Of a stretch of 64,000 bases of DNA, positions 32,554-41,526 are shown piece after piece; position 1 is the first letter of the stretch, and each line of letters begins with the position of its first letter. The position numbers and the translations under genes are program-made. Source of the DNA: an uncultured Chloroflexia bacterium (GTDB lineage Bacteria > Chloroflexota > Limnocylindria > Limnocylindrales > CSP1-4); NCBI GenBank assembly GCA_963697275.1, contig CAVONF010000005.1, positions 138,134 through 202,133 of the forward strand. The letters run 5' to 3'. Under the pieces are notes generated by a model. It was not told the origin of the DNA, ran no database searches, and saw only the letters and a program-made list of their open reading frames with translations.

Positions 32554-33393
32554 GTGAACATGTCCGACCGACTGATCCTGCCCGACCCCGCGACCGAGCT
32601 CGGCGCCGCCGTGGCGGTGGCCCTGGCCGCCTGTGACGACGCCGACGCCATCTCGATGGCCTGGTTCCGCCAGCGCATCGAGATCGAGGCCAAGCCCGAC
32701 ACCTCGTTCGTCACAGCCGCGGATACGGCCGTCGAGCGCGCCGTCCGCGAGCGCATCAGGGCCCGCTTCCCCGATCACGGCCTGGTCGGCGAGGAGTACG
32801 GGGAGCAGCCATCCGCGAGCGGCCGACGCTGGATCATCGACCCCATCGATGGCACCCACAACTACATGCGCGGCGTGCCCGTCTTCGCGACCCTCCTGGC
32901 GCTCGAGATCGATGGCCGACTGGCCGTCGGAGTGGTCAGCGCCCCGGCGCTGCAGCGACGCTGGTTCTCGTGGCTCGACGGCGGTGCCTGGGCCGTCACC
33001 ACGGTGGCTGGTGGCTGGGACCGCGCCTCGGCGGTGCCCGTCCGCGCCTCCGACATCGACGACGTCGCCGAGGCGTCGGTCGTGTACTCGTCGCTGCCGA
33101 GCATCCTCGGCTCCGGGCTGGCGCCCGGCTTCGTCGACCTGCTGGGTGCTGCCTGGCGCGATCGTGGCCTGGGCGACTTCTACGGCTACATGCTGGTCGC
33201 CGAGGGCGCCGCCGAGGCCATGGTCGAGAGCGAGCTGAAGGTCTGGGACCTGGCCGGCCCGGCGGCCGTGCTGCTGCAGGCCGGTGGCCGTCTGACCGAC
33301 CTCGAGGGCGGCGACGACATGCCGGCGCGCGGCGTCCTGGCCACCAACGGCCGCCTCCATGAGGCTGTCCTGGCCCGGCTGAAGGGCGGCTGA
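32554..33393 (+). CDS. Inositol-monophosphatase-family phosphatase (IMPase/HisN-like)
   Basis: An intact 279-aa ORF with the motifs GEEYG, WIIDPIDGTHNY and WDLAGP. Confidence 0.8.
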   Translation: MNMSDRLILPDPATELGAAVAVALAACDDADAISMAWFRQRIEIEAKPDTSFVTAADTAVERAVRERIRARFPDHGLVGEEYGEQPSASGRRWIIDPIDGTHNYMRGVPVFATLLALEIDGRLAVGVVSAPALQRRWFSWLDGGAWAVTTVAGGWDRASAVPVRASDIDDVAEASVVYSSLPSILGSGLAPGFVDLLGAAWRDRGLGDFYGYMLVAEGAAEAMVESELKVWDLAGPAAVLLQAGGRLTDLEGGDDMPARGVLATNGRLHEAVLARLKGG

Positions 33394-33568
33394 CGGGACT
33401 GCCAGGGCCCTGTGCTACGCTCCCGGCCGATGAGCGACGCCGTATCCCGGGCCGTCGCCGGGCCGCCCGGAGGACCACCTCGAGCCAGCCGGGTACCAGC
33501 CCCAGCCGTGCCCGGCGTCGTGCCACCCGGCCTGGCTGGCCGTGGCCCGGCATGCCTCTGCGCACGCC

Positions 33569-33597
33569 CCCCGGCACCCCCGGCACCCCCGGCATTC
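33569..33597. repeat. Three tandem copies of a 9-nt unit (cccggcacc-like) upstream of ftsE
   Basis: ccccggcacccccggcacccccggcatt is read directly. It would encode (PGT)n if translated. Confidence 0.7.
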
Positions 33598-33620
33598 CCG
33601 GTACTGGCCCGGGTGAGCCG

Positions 33621-34317
33621 GTGGCACTCGACTCGGTGCGCCTCGAGGGCGTCAGCAAGGTCTACCCCAACGGCAAGCAGGCACTCATCGACGTCGACCT
33701 CGTCATCCCGGAGGGCGACTTCGTCTTCCTGGTGGGCCCGTCCGGCGCGGGCAAGTCCACGCTCATCAAGCTGCTCGTCCGTGACGAGAAGGCCAGCCAG
33801 GGCCGGGTCGAGGTCGCCGGCCATCGACCTGGGCAGGATGCGCCGGAAGGACGTGCCGCTGCTGCGCCGCAAGATCGGCATCGTCTTCCAGGACTTCCGG
33901 CTGCTGCCACGCAAGACCGTCTACGAGAACGTCGCCTTCGCGCTCGAGGTGACCGGCACGCCACGGAGCCTGGTCGAGCCGTCCGTGGAGCGCGCCCTCG
34001 CGCTGGTGGGCCTGACCGAGCAGGCGCGCCAGCGTCCCGAGCAGCTGTCGGGTGGCGAGATGCAGCGCACCGCCATCGCGCGGGCCATGGTCCACGACCC
34101 GCGCCTCATCATCGCCGACGAGCCCACCGGCAACCTCGACCCGCTCATCTCCTGGGAGATCATCCAGCTGCTGCTGCGCATCAACGAGATGGGCACGACG
34201 GTGATGATGGCGACCCACGACGCGGAGGTCGTGACGGCGCTGCGGCGGCGCGTCGTGGCACTCGAGGACGGCCGGATCGTGCGTGACGAGGTCGGCGGCT
34301 ACCACCGTGAGTACTGA
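33621..34317 (+). CDS. ftsE: Cell division ABC ATPase FtsE (one frameshift near 33815)
   Basis: The GTG at 33621 gives ALDSVRLEGVSKVYPNG. It has the Walker A GPSGAGKST, the signature LSGGEMQR and the Walker B LIIADEPTGNLD. It is followed by ftsX with an overlap. Confidence 0.9.
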
Positions 34318-35266
34318 GCGGCGGCGTCCGAAGAGTCGTTCGCGTGCCGCTCCGGGCGCGCGCCCGCTCCGGCGACTGATGCGCTTCCTGCGCTTCTCCG
34401 TCCACCAGGCACTCCAGGGCCTGTGGCGCAACCGCGTCATGAACATCGCGGCCACGGTCACGATGACCCTGATGCTGGTGCTGCTCTCGGCGCTGGTCAT
34501 CCTCATCTCCGGCGTGGAGGCCGGCCTGGCGTTCATCGAGTCCAAGGTCGAGGTGCGGGCCGAGCTGCACGACGGGCTGCGCACGGAGTCGGTCGCCGAG
34601 TTCCAGCTGCGCCTCGAGGCACTGCCCGAGGTGGCCTCGACCCGGTACGTCAGCAAGGAGCAGGCGCTCGCCGACTTCCAGGCCGCGCGAGCCGGCGGGC
34701 CAGGCTGACCTCAGTGACCTCTACGGGACTTCAACCCGTTCCCGGCCTACTTCTCGGTCAAGTTGCGCGACCCGCGCCAGTCGCGCTCGGTGGTCGCCCT
34801 GCTGGAGAGCGAGACGAGGCTGGTGCGCAGGGTGCTGGGTCAGCAGACCGGCATCGACCGGCTCGTCAGCTGACCGCGCTGCTGCGCAACCTCGGCGCCA
34901 TCGTGCTCGCCTTCGTGGGCCTGACCGTGCTGCTCATCGTCGTCAACAGCATCCGCATGGCGCTCATGTCGCGCGCCCAGGAGATCGAGATCATGCGCCT
35001 GGTGGGCGCTTCGGACCGCTACGTGCGCTGGCCCTTCATCCTCGAAGGGCGTCTTCATCGGCCTGGCCGGCGCGGTCGTGACGCTGCTCCTGCTGCTGAT
35101 GGCCTCGGGTCCCATCAGCGACCTGGCCAGCGAGATCGCCGGACAGGTGCCGCTGGGCTTCGACAGCTCGCTGACGCTGCAGATCGTGGCCATCGTCACC
35201 GCCGCCGGCCTGGGCCTCGGCGGCGTGGGCGCCTGGATCAGCGTGCGCGCCTACCTGCGCCGCTAG
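34307..35266 (+). CDS. ftsX: Cell division permease-like protein FtsX (about 3 frameshifts)
   Basis: It contains ALQGLWRNRVMNIAATVTM, YVSKEQALADF, NPFPAYFSVKLRDP, LVLAFVGLTVLLIVVNSIRMALMSRAQEIEIMRLVGASDRYVRWPFILEG and a terminal TM segment ending at 35266. Confidence 0.85.
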
Positions 35267-35290
35267 TGCAGCAGACCCCGCCCTCACCAC

Positions 35291-36640
35291 ATGAGCAACC
35301 CATCCGAACCGCCGGCCACCCCAGCAGACCACGGAAGCACGATGGCGTCTCGCTGCTCATCGTCACCGTCGCTGCTGCTGGCGGTGTCGGCGACCGCGCT
35401 CTTCGGCGCCGGCCTCAGCCTGGGCAGCCAGACGCTCGGGCGCGACGCCGACGAGCAGGCGGCCATCGAGGCCTTCGTCGAGACCTACCGGCGCATCAAC
35501 GATGAGTTCGTCGGCGAGTCGGAGCCGGGCGAGCTGCTCGAGGGCGCCATCAGGGGCATGTTCGAGACGCTCGACGATCCCTATTCGGCCTACATCGGCC
35601 CCGACGAGTACGCTGCCACCTTCGACGATATCCGCGGCGAGTTCGAGGGCATCGGCGCCCGCATGGACACCGAGGACGCGGCGGGGCAGGACGTGCGAGC
35701 CCATCGGCGACGACTGCCAGCTGCGGGTCATCGAGGTGCTCCCGGACACGCCGGCGCTGGAGGCCGGTCTGCTGGCCATGGACATCGTCACCGCGGTCGA
35801 CGGTCGCAGCCTCGACGGCCGCACCATCGACGACGCGGTCACGCTCATCCGGGGTCCTCGCGACAGCGAGGTGACGCTGACGCTGCGCCGCGACGGCGAG
35901 GAGGTCGACCTGGCCATCACCCGCGACGTCATCGTCAGCCAGGACGTGCGCCCGGCGCTGCTCGCCGAAGGCGAGGTCGGCTACCTGGGCATCGATGGCT
36001 TCAGCGGCCGCGTGGCGGAGAGCTTCGAGGAGGCCCTGCGGGAGCAGCTCGAGGCGGGCGTCGAGCAGTTCGTCGTGGACGTGCGTGATGACCCTGGCGG
36101 TTTCGTCGATGCAGCCGTGTACATCAGCAGCCAGTTCCTCGCTGCTGGGCCGGTCTTCTGGGAGGAGGACGCCGCAGGCCGGCAGCGCTCCATCGATGTC
36201 GACGGTGGTGGGCTGGCCACTGACCCGAGCATCGAAGTGGTCGTCCTGGTCGACGACGGTACCGCCTCGGCCAGCGAGATCCTGGCCGGCGCGCTGCAGG
36301 ATGCGGGGCGCGCCGTGCTGGTCGGCGAGCGCACCTTCGGCAAGGGCACGGTCCAGGAGTGGACGCAGCTGCCGGGCGAGAATGGCGGCTTTCGTCTCTC
36401 CGTCGCCAAGTGGCTGACCCGTGACCAGACCTGGATCCACGAGGCGGGCCTGCTGCCGGACGTGGAGGTCGCTGCTGGTCGGGGACGCTTCCGCCCTGGG
36501 CTGGCGGGGGTCATCCTGACCAGGCCGCCGTGGCCGATGACGCCCAGCTCCAGCGTGCTATCTCGCTCCTGCTCGACGACGAGGCCGGACCGGCAGAAGC
36601 GGCCGAAGCGCCAGCCCGGGCAGCGCGCGGTCAGGTGTGA
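35291..36640 (+). CDS. S41-family C-terminal processing peptidase (at least 2 frameshifts)
   Basis: It has a PDZ segment (VIEVLPDTPALEAGLLAMDIVTAVDG), the catalytic Ser block DDGTASASEILAGALQD and the Lys block GERTFGKGTVQ. The reconstructed end is ...DDAQLQRAISLLLDDEAG...RGQV-stop at 36640. Confidence 0.85.
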
Positions 36641-36771
36641 GTCCCGCGACCGAGGAACCGCCAGGCTGAGGCGCTCTGTCCAGCGGACCATCACTTCAGG
36701 CGAGGACGCGCTCCTTGCGACGTCTTGACACTTCGGGTACTGTTCGCCAGAACGAAAGGAGGTGGTGTGCA

Positions 36772-36819
36772 ATGCAAGATCGTTTAAGTAGCTGCACCGC
36801 CTCGGAGGTTCGGCGCTAG
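36772..36819 (+). CDS. Candidate 15-codon leader/mini-ORF (MQDRLSSCTASEVRR)
   Basis: AAAGGAGG lies 9 nt upstream of the ATG. The segment is locally AT-rich, with A/T-ending codons including TTA. It is followed by an intrinsic terminator. No homology is claimed. Confidence 0.3.
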   Translation: MQDRLSSCTASEVRR

Positions 36820-36850
36820 TCGAGCCGACCGGGTGGTGTGAGCCACTAGG

Positions 36851-36885
36851 ACGCCGGCCCGCTCGGGCCGGCGTTCGTTTGTCTG
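36851..36885 (+). terminator. Rho-independent terminator 32 nt upstream of smpB
   Basis: A 10-bp GC stem (acgccggccc / gggccggcgt) with the loop gctc and the tail tcgtttgtctg. Confidence 0.7.
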
Positions 36886-36917
36886 CCGTCCAGTCCAGAC
36901 CCTGAGGATGTCGAATC

Positions 36918-37379
36918 ATGGGCAAGACCGTCGCCCAGAACCGCAAAGCCCGCCACGACTACACCATCGAGGAGACGCTCGAGGCCGGCATCGCCCTGAC
37001 CGGGACCGAGATCAAGTCGGTCCGCGAGGGCCATGTCAACCTGCAGGACGCCTACGCGCGCATCGAGCGTGGCGAGGCCTGGCTCGTCGGCGCGCACGTC
37101 GCGCCGTGGTCCGGTGGCAACCGCTACAACCACGAGCCGATGCGTGACCGCAAGCTGCTGCTGCACCGGACCCAGATCGACCAGCTGGCCGGCAAGACCA
37201 GGGCCAAGGGCCTCACGCTGGTGCCGCTGGCCATGTACTTCAACGATCGCGGCCGGGCCAAGGTGCAACTGGGGCTCGCGCGCGGCAAGAAGAACTACGA
37301 CCGCCGTCGGGACATCGCCGCGCGAGATGCGCGCCGCGACATGGACCGCGACATGGCCGACGCTCTCCGCGGACGCTGA
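36918..37379 (+). CDS. smpB: SsrA-binding protein SmpB
   Basis: An intact 153-aa [28 protein letters not shown]...KLLLHRTQI...LVPLAMYF. tmRNA lies 70 nt downstream. Confidence 0.95.
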   Translation: MGKTVAQNRKARHDYTIEETLEAGIALTGTEIKSVREGHVNLQDAYARIERGEAWLVGAHVAPWSGGNRYNHEPMRDRKLLLHRTQIDQLAGKTRAKGLTLVPLAMYFNDRGRAKVQLGLARGKKNYDRRRDIAARDARRDMDRDMADALRGR

Positions 37380-37449
37380 TGGACCTCGTCCGGCCGGCCG
37401 AGCGGGTCTGGACAGAACGGATGTTCGACTGATATCATCGCAGCTGCAA

Positions 37450-37823
37450 GGGGATGCGTGGTCTCGACAGGGCCCCACACCCGAAGAACGCGAGCCGAGG
37501 TGCCGTCAGGCCTCGCTAAACAGGCGGCAAACCTAGAAGTAACTGGCAACCGCCAGCCTGCTCTCGCCCTCGCGGCCTAAGGCCGTAAGGTGAGCGTGGA
37601 AGCAGCCTCCTCCTCGCGGGCTGTGGAAGCGTCATCCAGCGAGGATGCGCTCCGGGTCAGCGTCGCGTAGCCCGGAGCCAAGCCCGCAAGGGAACGTGAC
37701 TGGATCCTGGGCCACGGTGCCGATGCCGGGACACAGGATCGACGACAAAGCATCGGACACGCTCGTAGTGGGCTTCGGACGCAGGTTCTGGACGGGGAGT
37801 TCGACTCTCCCCCATCTCCACCA
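37450..37823 (+). ncRNA. ssrA: tmRNA (SsrA)
   Basis: The 5' GGGGAUG pairs with CAUCUCC-ACCA at the 3' end, including the G3:U wobble. There is a T-arm GGAGTTCGACTCTCC. The internal tag ORF ends ...CAG CCT GCT CTC GCC CTC GCG GCC TAA (..QPALALAA). It sits next to smpB. Confidence 0.9.
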
Positions 37824-37838
37824 GTGCCGACTCGACAC

Positions 37839-37858
37839 GACCCCGCCCGGGCGGGGTC
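37839..37858. terminator. Perfect 20-nt GC palindrome between the tmRNA 3' end and the convergent jag gene (possible bidirectional terminator hairpin)
   Basis: GACCCCGCCCGGGCGGGGTC. There is no clear U-tract on either side. Confidence 0.4.
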
Positions 37859-37915
37859 ATTCGCTATCGGCGGCAAGGCGCGGTCCGGACGGGGTCGCCG
37901 GACGAGGGTCGCCGG

Positions 37916-38840
37916 TCAGGTCCGCAGTACGACCACGCGGCGCATCGGCTCCTCGCCGATCGATTGCGTGGTGATCCCCTCGGTGTCCCGCAGTGCCAGG
38001 TGGACCCAGCGACGCTCCAGGGCCGACATCGGCTCCAGCTGCAGCATCTGGCCGGTCTCCATGACATGCTGGGCCGCTCGCGTGGCCACCTCGATGAGCT
38101 GGCGCTCACGACGGCCGCGGTAGTCCTCGACGTCGACCAGTACGCGCGTCCAGCTGCCCATCTTGCGCGAGAGCATCAGGTTCACGAGGTGCTGCAGCGC
38201 AGAGAGCCGTTCGCCCTTGCGTCCGATGAGGGCACCGAGGGCCTCGCGCTCGTCCTCGTCGACACCATAGACGGTGATCCGGGCCGTGGGGCCCTGCGAA
38301 ACCTCCACGCGCGCCTGGTAGCCCATCAGAGCGACGAGCTGCTCGAGGACTCTCTCGACCAGCGGCGAGGGCCTCAGGGGAAGACTCGGCCTCCTGCGCG
38401 GCCTCCTGCCGGCTGGCAGCGACACCGGCGGCCACGGCCGCCTCGACCTCCGCGGTGGCAGCGCCACTGACCCGGGTGGCCTCGCGCGAAGCGCTGCTGC
38501 CACGGCCGCGTCGACGCTCCCGCTGGTCGGCTCCGCGTCGCTCCCGCTGCCCACCACCGCCCTCACTCGGACCGCCTCGGGGCGGCGCGGCTGTCGGAGC
38601 GGCAGGGGGAGGGGTCGGAGCGGCAGCGGCAGCGGCCTTCCTGGGCGTGGCGCCACCCAGCGCCGACCGCGGCGCGGCGATGATGCGGGCAGGCTCGGCG
38701 CCCATGCCCAGGACGCCCCGGCTCCCCTGTGTGAGGATCTCGAAGTCAAGGTCCTGGAGCCCTGCCACGCCGAACGTCTCGCGCGCAGCGCGCAGGGCTT
38801 CCTCGACGGTCTTGCCCGTGAATTCCTGGTACTCGCTCAT
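37916..38840 (-). CDS. jag: Jag/KhpB RNA-binding protein (Jag_N + KH + R3H) with a long Ala/Pro/Arg-rich linker (one frameshift near 38370)
   Basis: The N-terminus is [24 protein letters not shown]. The C-terminal KH/R3H part is ALIGRKGERLSALQHLVN...LEPMSALERRWVHLAL. It is downstream of yidC with a 4-nt overlap. Confidence 0.85.
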
Positions 38841-40255
38841 CGACGTCTCCCTCGCCGGTGGCTGCGACGCCTGGCCGGCCTGATGGTGCCCGCGGCGCTG
38901 TCCTTGGTCGAGCGCCTGGTGGTCTGGGTCGTACCGCCACCCTCACCGGGCGACGGGGGCTTCGGCTCCGGCATCGTCACCGGGAAGCGCGGTTGATGGT
39001 CCACGGCGAACCGCGGCGTCCAGCCGAAGACGGGGAAGAGGCCGCCGTAGCCGTTGACCAGGAACTGTTGCACGATGCTGAAGACGGTGGTGGTGATCCA
39101 GTAGATGAACAGGCCCGCCGGCAGGATGGCGCCGTAGATGAGCGAGAACGCCGGCAGGATCAGGAAGAGGCGCTGCTGCGTGCGCTGCTGCGGATCATCG
39201 CTGCGGGTCATCATCATGCGCGTCTGGATCAGCTGCAGGACGGCCGAAGCCAGCGCCAGCAGCGAGAGCCCGAAGACGAAGGACGCGCCGGCCTGGCCGA
39301 TGATGGGCAGGAAGATCTCGGGCTCGTTGGCGGGCAGGCCGCCCGGGTAGCCCGGGAACAGGAAGGCCAGCGGCTCGAGCTCGATCTTGGGCAGCCACGC
39401 CAGCCAGGGCACGTCGGGGTTGATGCAGGGGGCGTACGGATCGGCCGGGCTCTGGCACTGGATGTTCACCAGCTGGATGCCGAACGGCGAGAGCATGGAG
39501 CTGATGTCCGGCGCCTTGAGACCCTGGGTGAAGACCTGGTACATGGGCAGCAGCAGAGCCATCTGCAGGACGGCCGGCAGGCAGCCTGAGGCAGGATTGA
39601 CGCCACGGTCCTTGTAGAGCTGCATCTGCTCCGCCGAGATCCTGGCCCGGTCACCCTTGTACTTCTGCTGGATGGCCCGCAGCTCGGGCTGGAGCATCTG
39701 CATGCGCCGCTGCGACACGATCTGGGCCCGGAACACCGGGATGAGCAGGATGCGGATGATGATGGTGAGCAGGATGATGGCGATGCCGATATCGCCGGTG
39801 ATGCTGTAGAGGAACGCCAGGCCCAGGAAGATGGCCTGAAAGATGGGCGTGAACAGCCACGCCAGCAGCGCCAGTGGATCAGCGCCGTGGGGCTGCGCCG
39901 GGCACAGGTTCGGCGGAGGCGCGGGCGAGGCGTTGGGGTCCGGCGTGGCGTTGGGGTCCGGCGTGGGGGTGGGTGCGCAGGGGTCCGCGGAGGAGTGGGC
40001 TCCCGATGGCAACGACGGGCTTGGCCCGCCGGGACCGGCCTCGGCTGGCCCGGCTGTAGCAGAGGCCTGTGCGGTGGCCTCGGCCTGTGCCGCGGCGGCC
40101 GCACCCGGCGAGGGCAGCGGGGACGCGACCGGGTCCTGGGAGAAGGCGGGGCCAGCCATGAGGCTGAGGGCGATGACCGCGATGGCCAAGGCAGCCAGGA
40201 GGTCGAAGGGGGCCAGCCGGAAGGGCGTCGCCAGGGCCGAGCGGAGACGCATCAC
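38837..40255 (-). CDS. yidC: Membrane protein insertase YidC with a ~115-aa Ala/Pro-rich N-terminal extension
   Basis: An intact 472-aa ORF. The conserved core includes [33 protein letters not shown] and [22 protein letters not shown]. Confidence 0.9.
   Translation of the reverse strand: MMRLRSALATPFRLAPFDLLAALAIAVIALSLMAGPAFSQDPVASPLPSPGAAAAAQAEATAQASATAGPAEAGPGGPSPSLPSGAHSSADPCAPTPTPDPNATPDPNASPAPPPNLCPAQPHGADPLALLAWLFTPIFQAIFLGLAFLYSITGDIGIAIILLTIIIRILLIPVFRAQIVSQRRMQMLQPELRAIQQKYKGDRARISAEQMQLYKDRGVNPASGCLPAVLQMALLLPMYQVFTQGLKAPDISSMLSPFGIQLVNIQCQSPADPYAPCINPDVPWLAWLPKIELEPLAFLFPGYPGGLPANEPEIFLPIIGQAGASFVFGLSLLALASAVLQLIQTRMMMTRSDDPQQRTQQRLFLILPAFSLIYGAILPAGLFIYWITTTVFSIVQQFLVNGYGGLFPVFGWTPRFAVDHQPRFPVTMPEPKPPSPGEGGGTTQTTRRSTKDSAAGTIRPARRRSHRRGRRR
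39929..39964. repeat. Perfect 2 x 18-bp tandem duplication inside the yidC N-terminal extension (TPDPNA x2)
   Basis: ggcgttggggtccggcgt occurs twice in tandem. Confidence 0.9.
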
Positions 40256-40482
40256 TTCACCGGGTCGTAGCCGCCGGGCCGCCAGGGACCACAGCTGGCG
40301 ATGCGCTTGGCGCCCATCCAGCTGCCCCTCAGCAGCCCATACTTCTCGATGGCCTGCTCGGTGTACACGGAGCAGGATGGCTCGTAACGGCAGGAGCCCG
40401 CGAACAGGGGCGAGAGGATCTTGCGGTAGAGCCGGATGAAGCCGATGCCAGCCCGCCTGGCGACACTGCTGGCCGTCGTCAC
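40252..40482 (-). CDS. yidD: Membrane protein insertion efficiency factor YidD
   Basis: A 76-aa protein, [35 protein letters not shown]. It overlaps both rnpA and yidC by 4 nt. Confidence 0.9.
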   Translation of the reverse strand: MTTASSVARRAGIGFIRLYRKILSPLFAGSCRYEPSCSVYTEQAIEKYGLLRGSWMGAKRIASCGPWRPGGYDPVK

Positions 40483-40811
40483 GACGTCACCTTGGTCGAG
40501 GTCCGGACCGAGGCGAGCAGCCCTCGCAGCGCGGCGCTGAACTCATCGAACGTGGCCTCGACGCTGGCTGGTCGGGCTACCACGAGGATGTCCCAGCCGT
40601 GCCCGCTGCGGTTCGGGGACGCGCGCAGGATCTCACGGACACGGCGACGCACGCGGTTGCGCTGGACGGCGCCGCCGAGACGCCGTCCGGTCGAGATGCC
40701 ATAGCGGTCGTGGTGAAGGTCATTGGCAACGAAGTGGATGACGATGAACCGGTCGCTGCGGGTACGACCCCTGGCCCCCAGCCGGGCGAAGTCCTCCCGG
40801 GACCGGAGCAT
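40479..40811 (-). CDS. rnpA: Ribonuclease P protein component
   Basis: [27 protein letters not shown]...[11 protein letters not shown]. The ORF is open to 40868, but the ATG at 40811 follows the rpmH stop. Confidence 0.85.
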   Translation of the reverse strand: MLRSREDFARLGARGRTRSDRFIVIHFVANDLHHDRYGISTGRRLGGAVQRNRVRRRVREILRASPNRSGHGWDILVVARPASVEATFDEFSAALRGLLASVRTSTKVTS

Positions 40812-40842
40812 CGGCACGGTCCCCCGTCGAGCTCGACGGGTG

Positions 40843-40980
40843 TCAGACGGTGAGCTTCTTGCGGCCACGCGCGCGCCGCGCGGCCAGCACCCTGCGGCCG
40901 CCCCGGGACTTCATGCGGGCGCGGAACCCGTGTTCCTTGGCGCGGTGGCGCTTCTTGGGTTGGAATGTCTGCTTGGTCAC
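40843..40980 (-). CDS. rpmH: 50S ribosomal protein L34
   Basis: [47 protein letters not shown], 45 aa. It is too short to appear in the ORF track. Confidence 0.9.
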   Translation of the reverse strand: MTKQTFQPKKRHRAKEHGFRARMKSRGGRRVLAARRARGRKKLTV

Positions 40981-41526
40981 TGGGGCTGGGCTCCTCTGGG
41001 CAAGCGGTCGGGCGTGTGACGGGGACCGGCTCGCCCCTGCGGATGAGAACGTCGCATGCCGGGCCGGGCTGGCCAGTGCTGGCCGACCCGGGAGCCGCGC
41101 ATCGCGCTCGGCGGATTATACGCGACAGGCACCCGTGACCGGAGGAGGGCCGGTCGTCGCGGTTGCCGGTGCCCTCTCACCCGCTGTCGGCGGCGCCCGG
41201 GATCACCGCACGAAACCCGGTTCGCGCGGCCACAGGGGCTCAGGCGGCAGTGGGGTGCAGCTGTCGTCAGCAGGGCTGGGGCCCCGGACAGGATACTCCC
41301 CTGGAGTATGTCGAGTCAGCATTGCAGGGATGCGAAACGCGGTGCTAACGTATGCCGCCCCGGTGCCATTCGGAACGCCCGGGGTGCCCAAGGCTGGAGG
41401 CTCCGCAGCGACGACCCGAGGGGGGTCAGCCCGGTCCTCCGAGGGAGGTCGAGCGCGCCACTCGAGTGCTGGGACACCACTCGCTGGGTGCGGAAGCTGT
41501 GTGAAGTACGGGTCACGTTGCCATCG

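Noticed and set aside
33552-33620. An N-terminal (PGT)n collagen-like extension of FtsE starting at the ATG at 33552.
   Set aside because: FtsE homologues begin right at the ...RLEGVSKVY segment, and an in-frame GTG at 33621 fits. The 9-nt repeat is more likely to be non-coding.
37824-37915. A genomic island integrated at the tmRNA 3' end.
   Set aside because: The conserved jag gene follows within 92 nt. There is no integrase and no duplicated copy of the tmRNA 3' end anywhere that I could see in the window.
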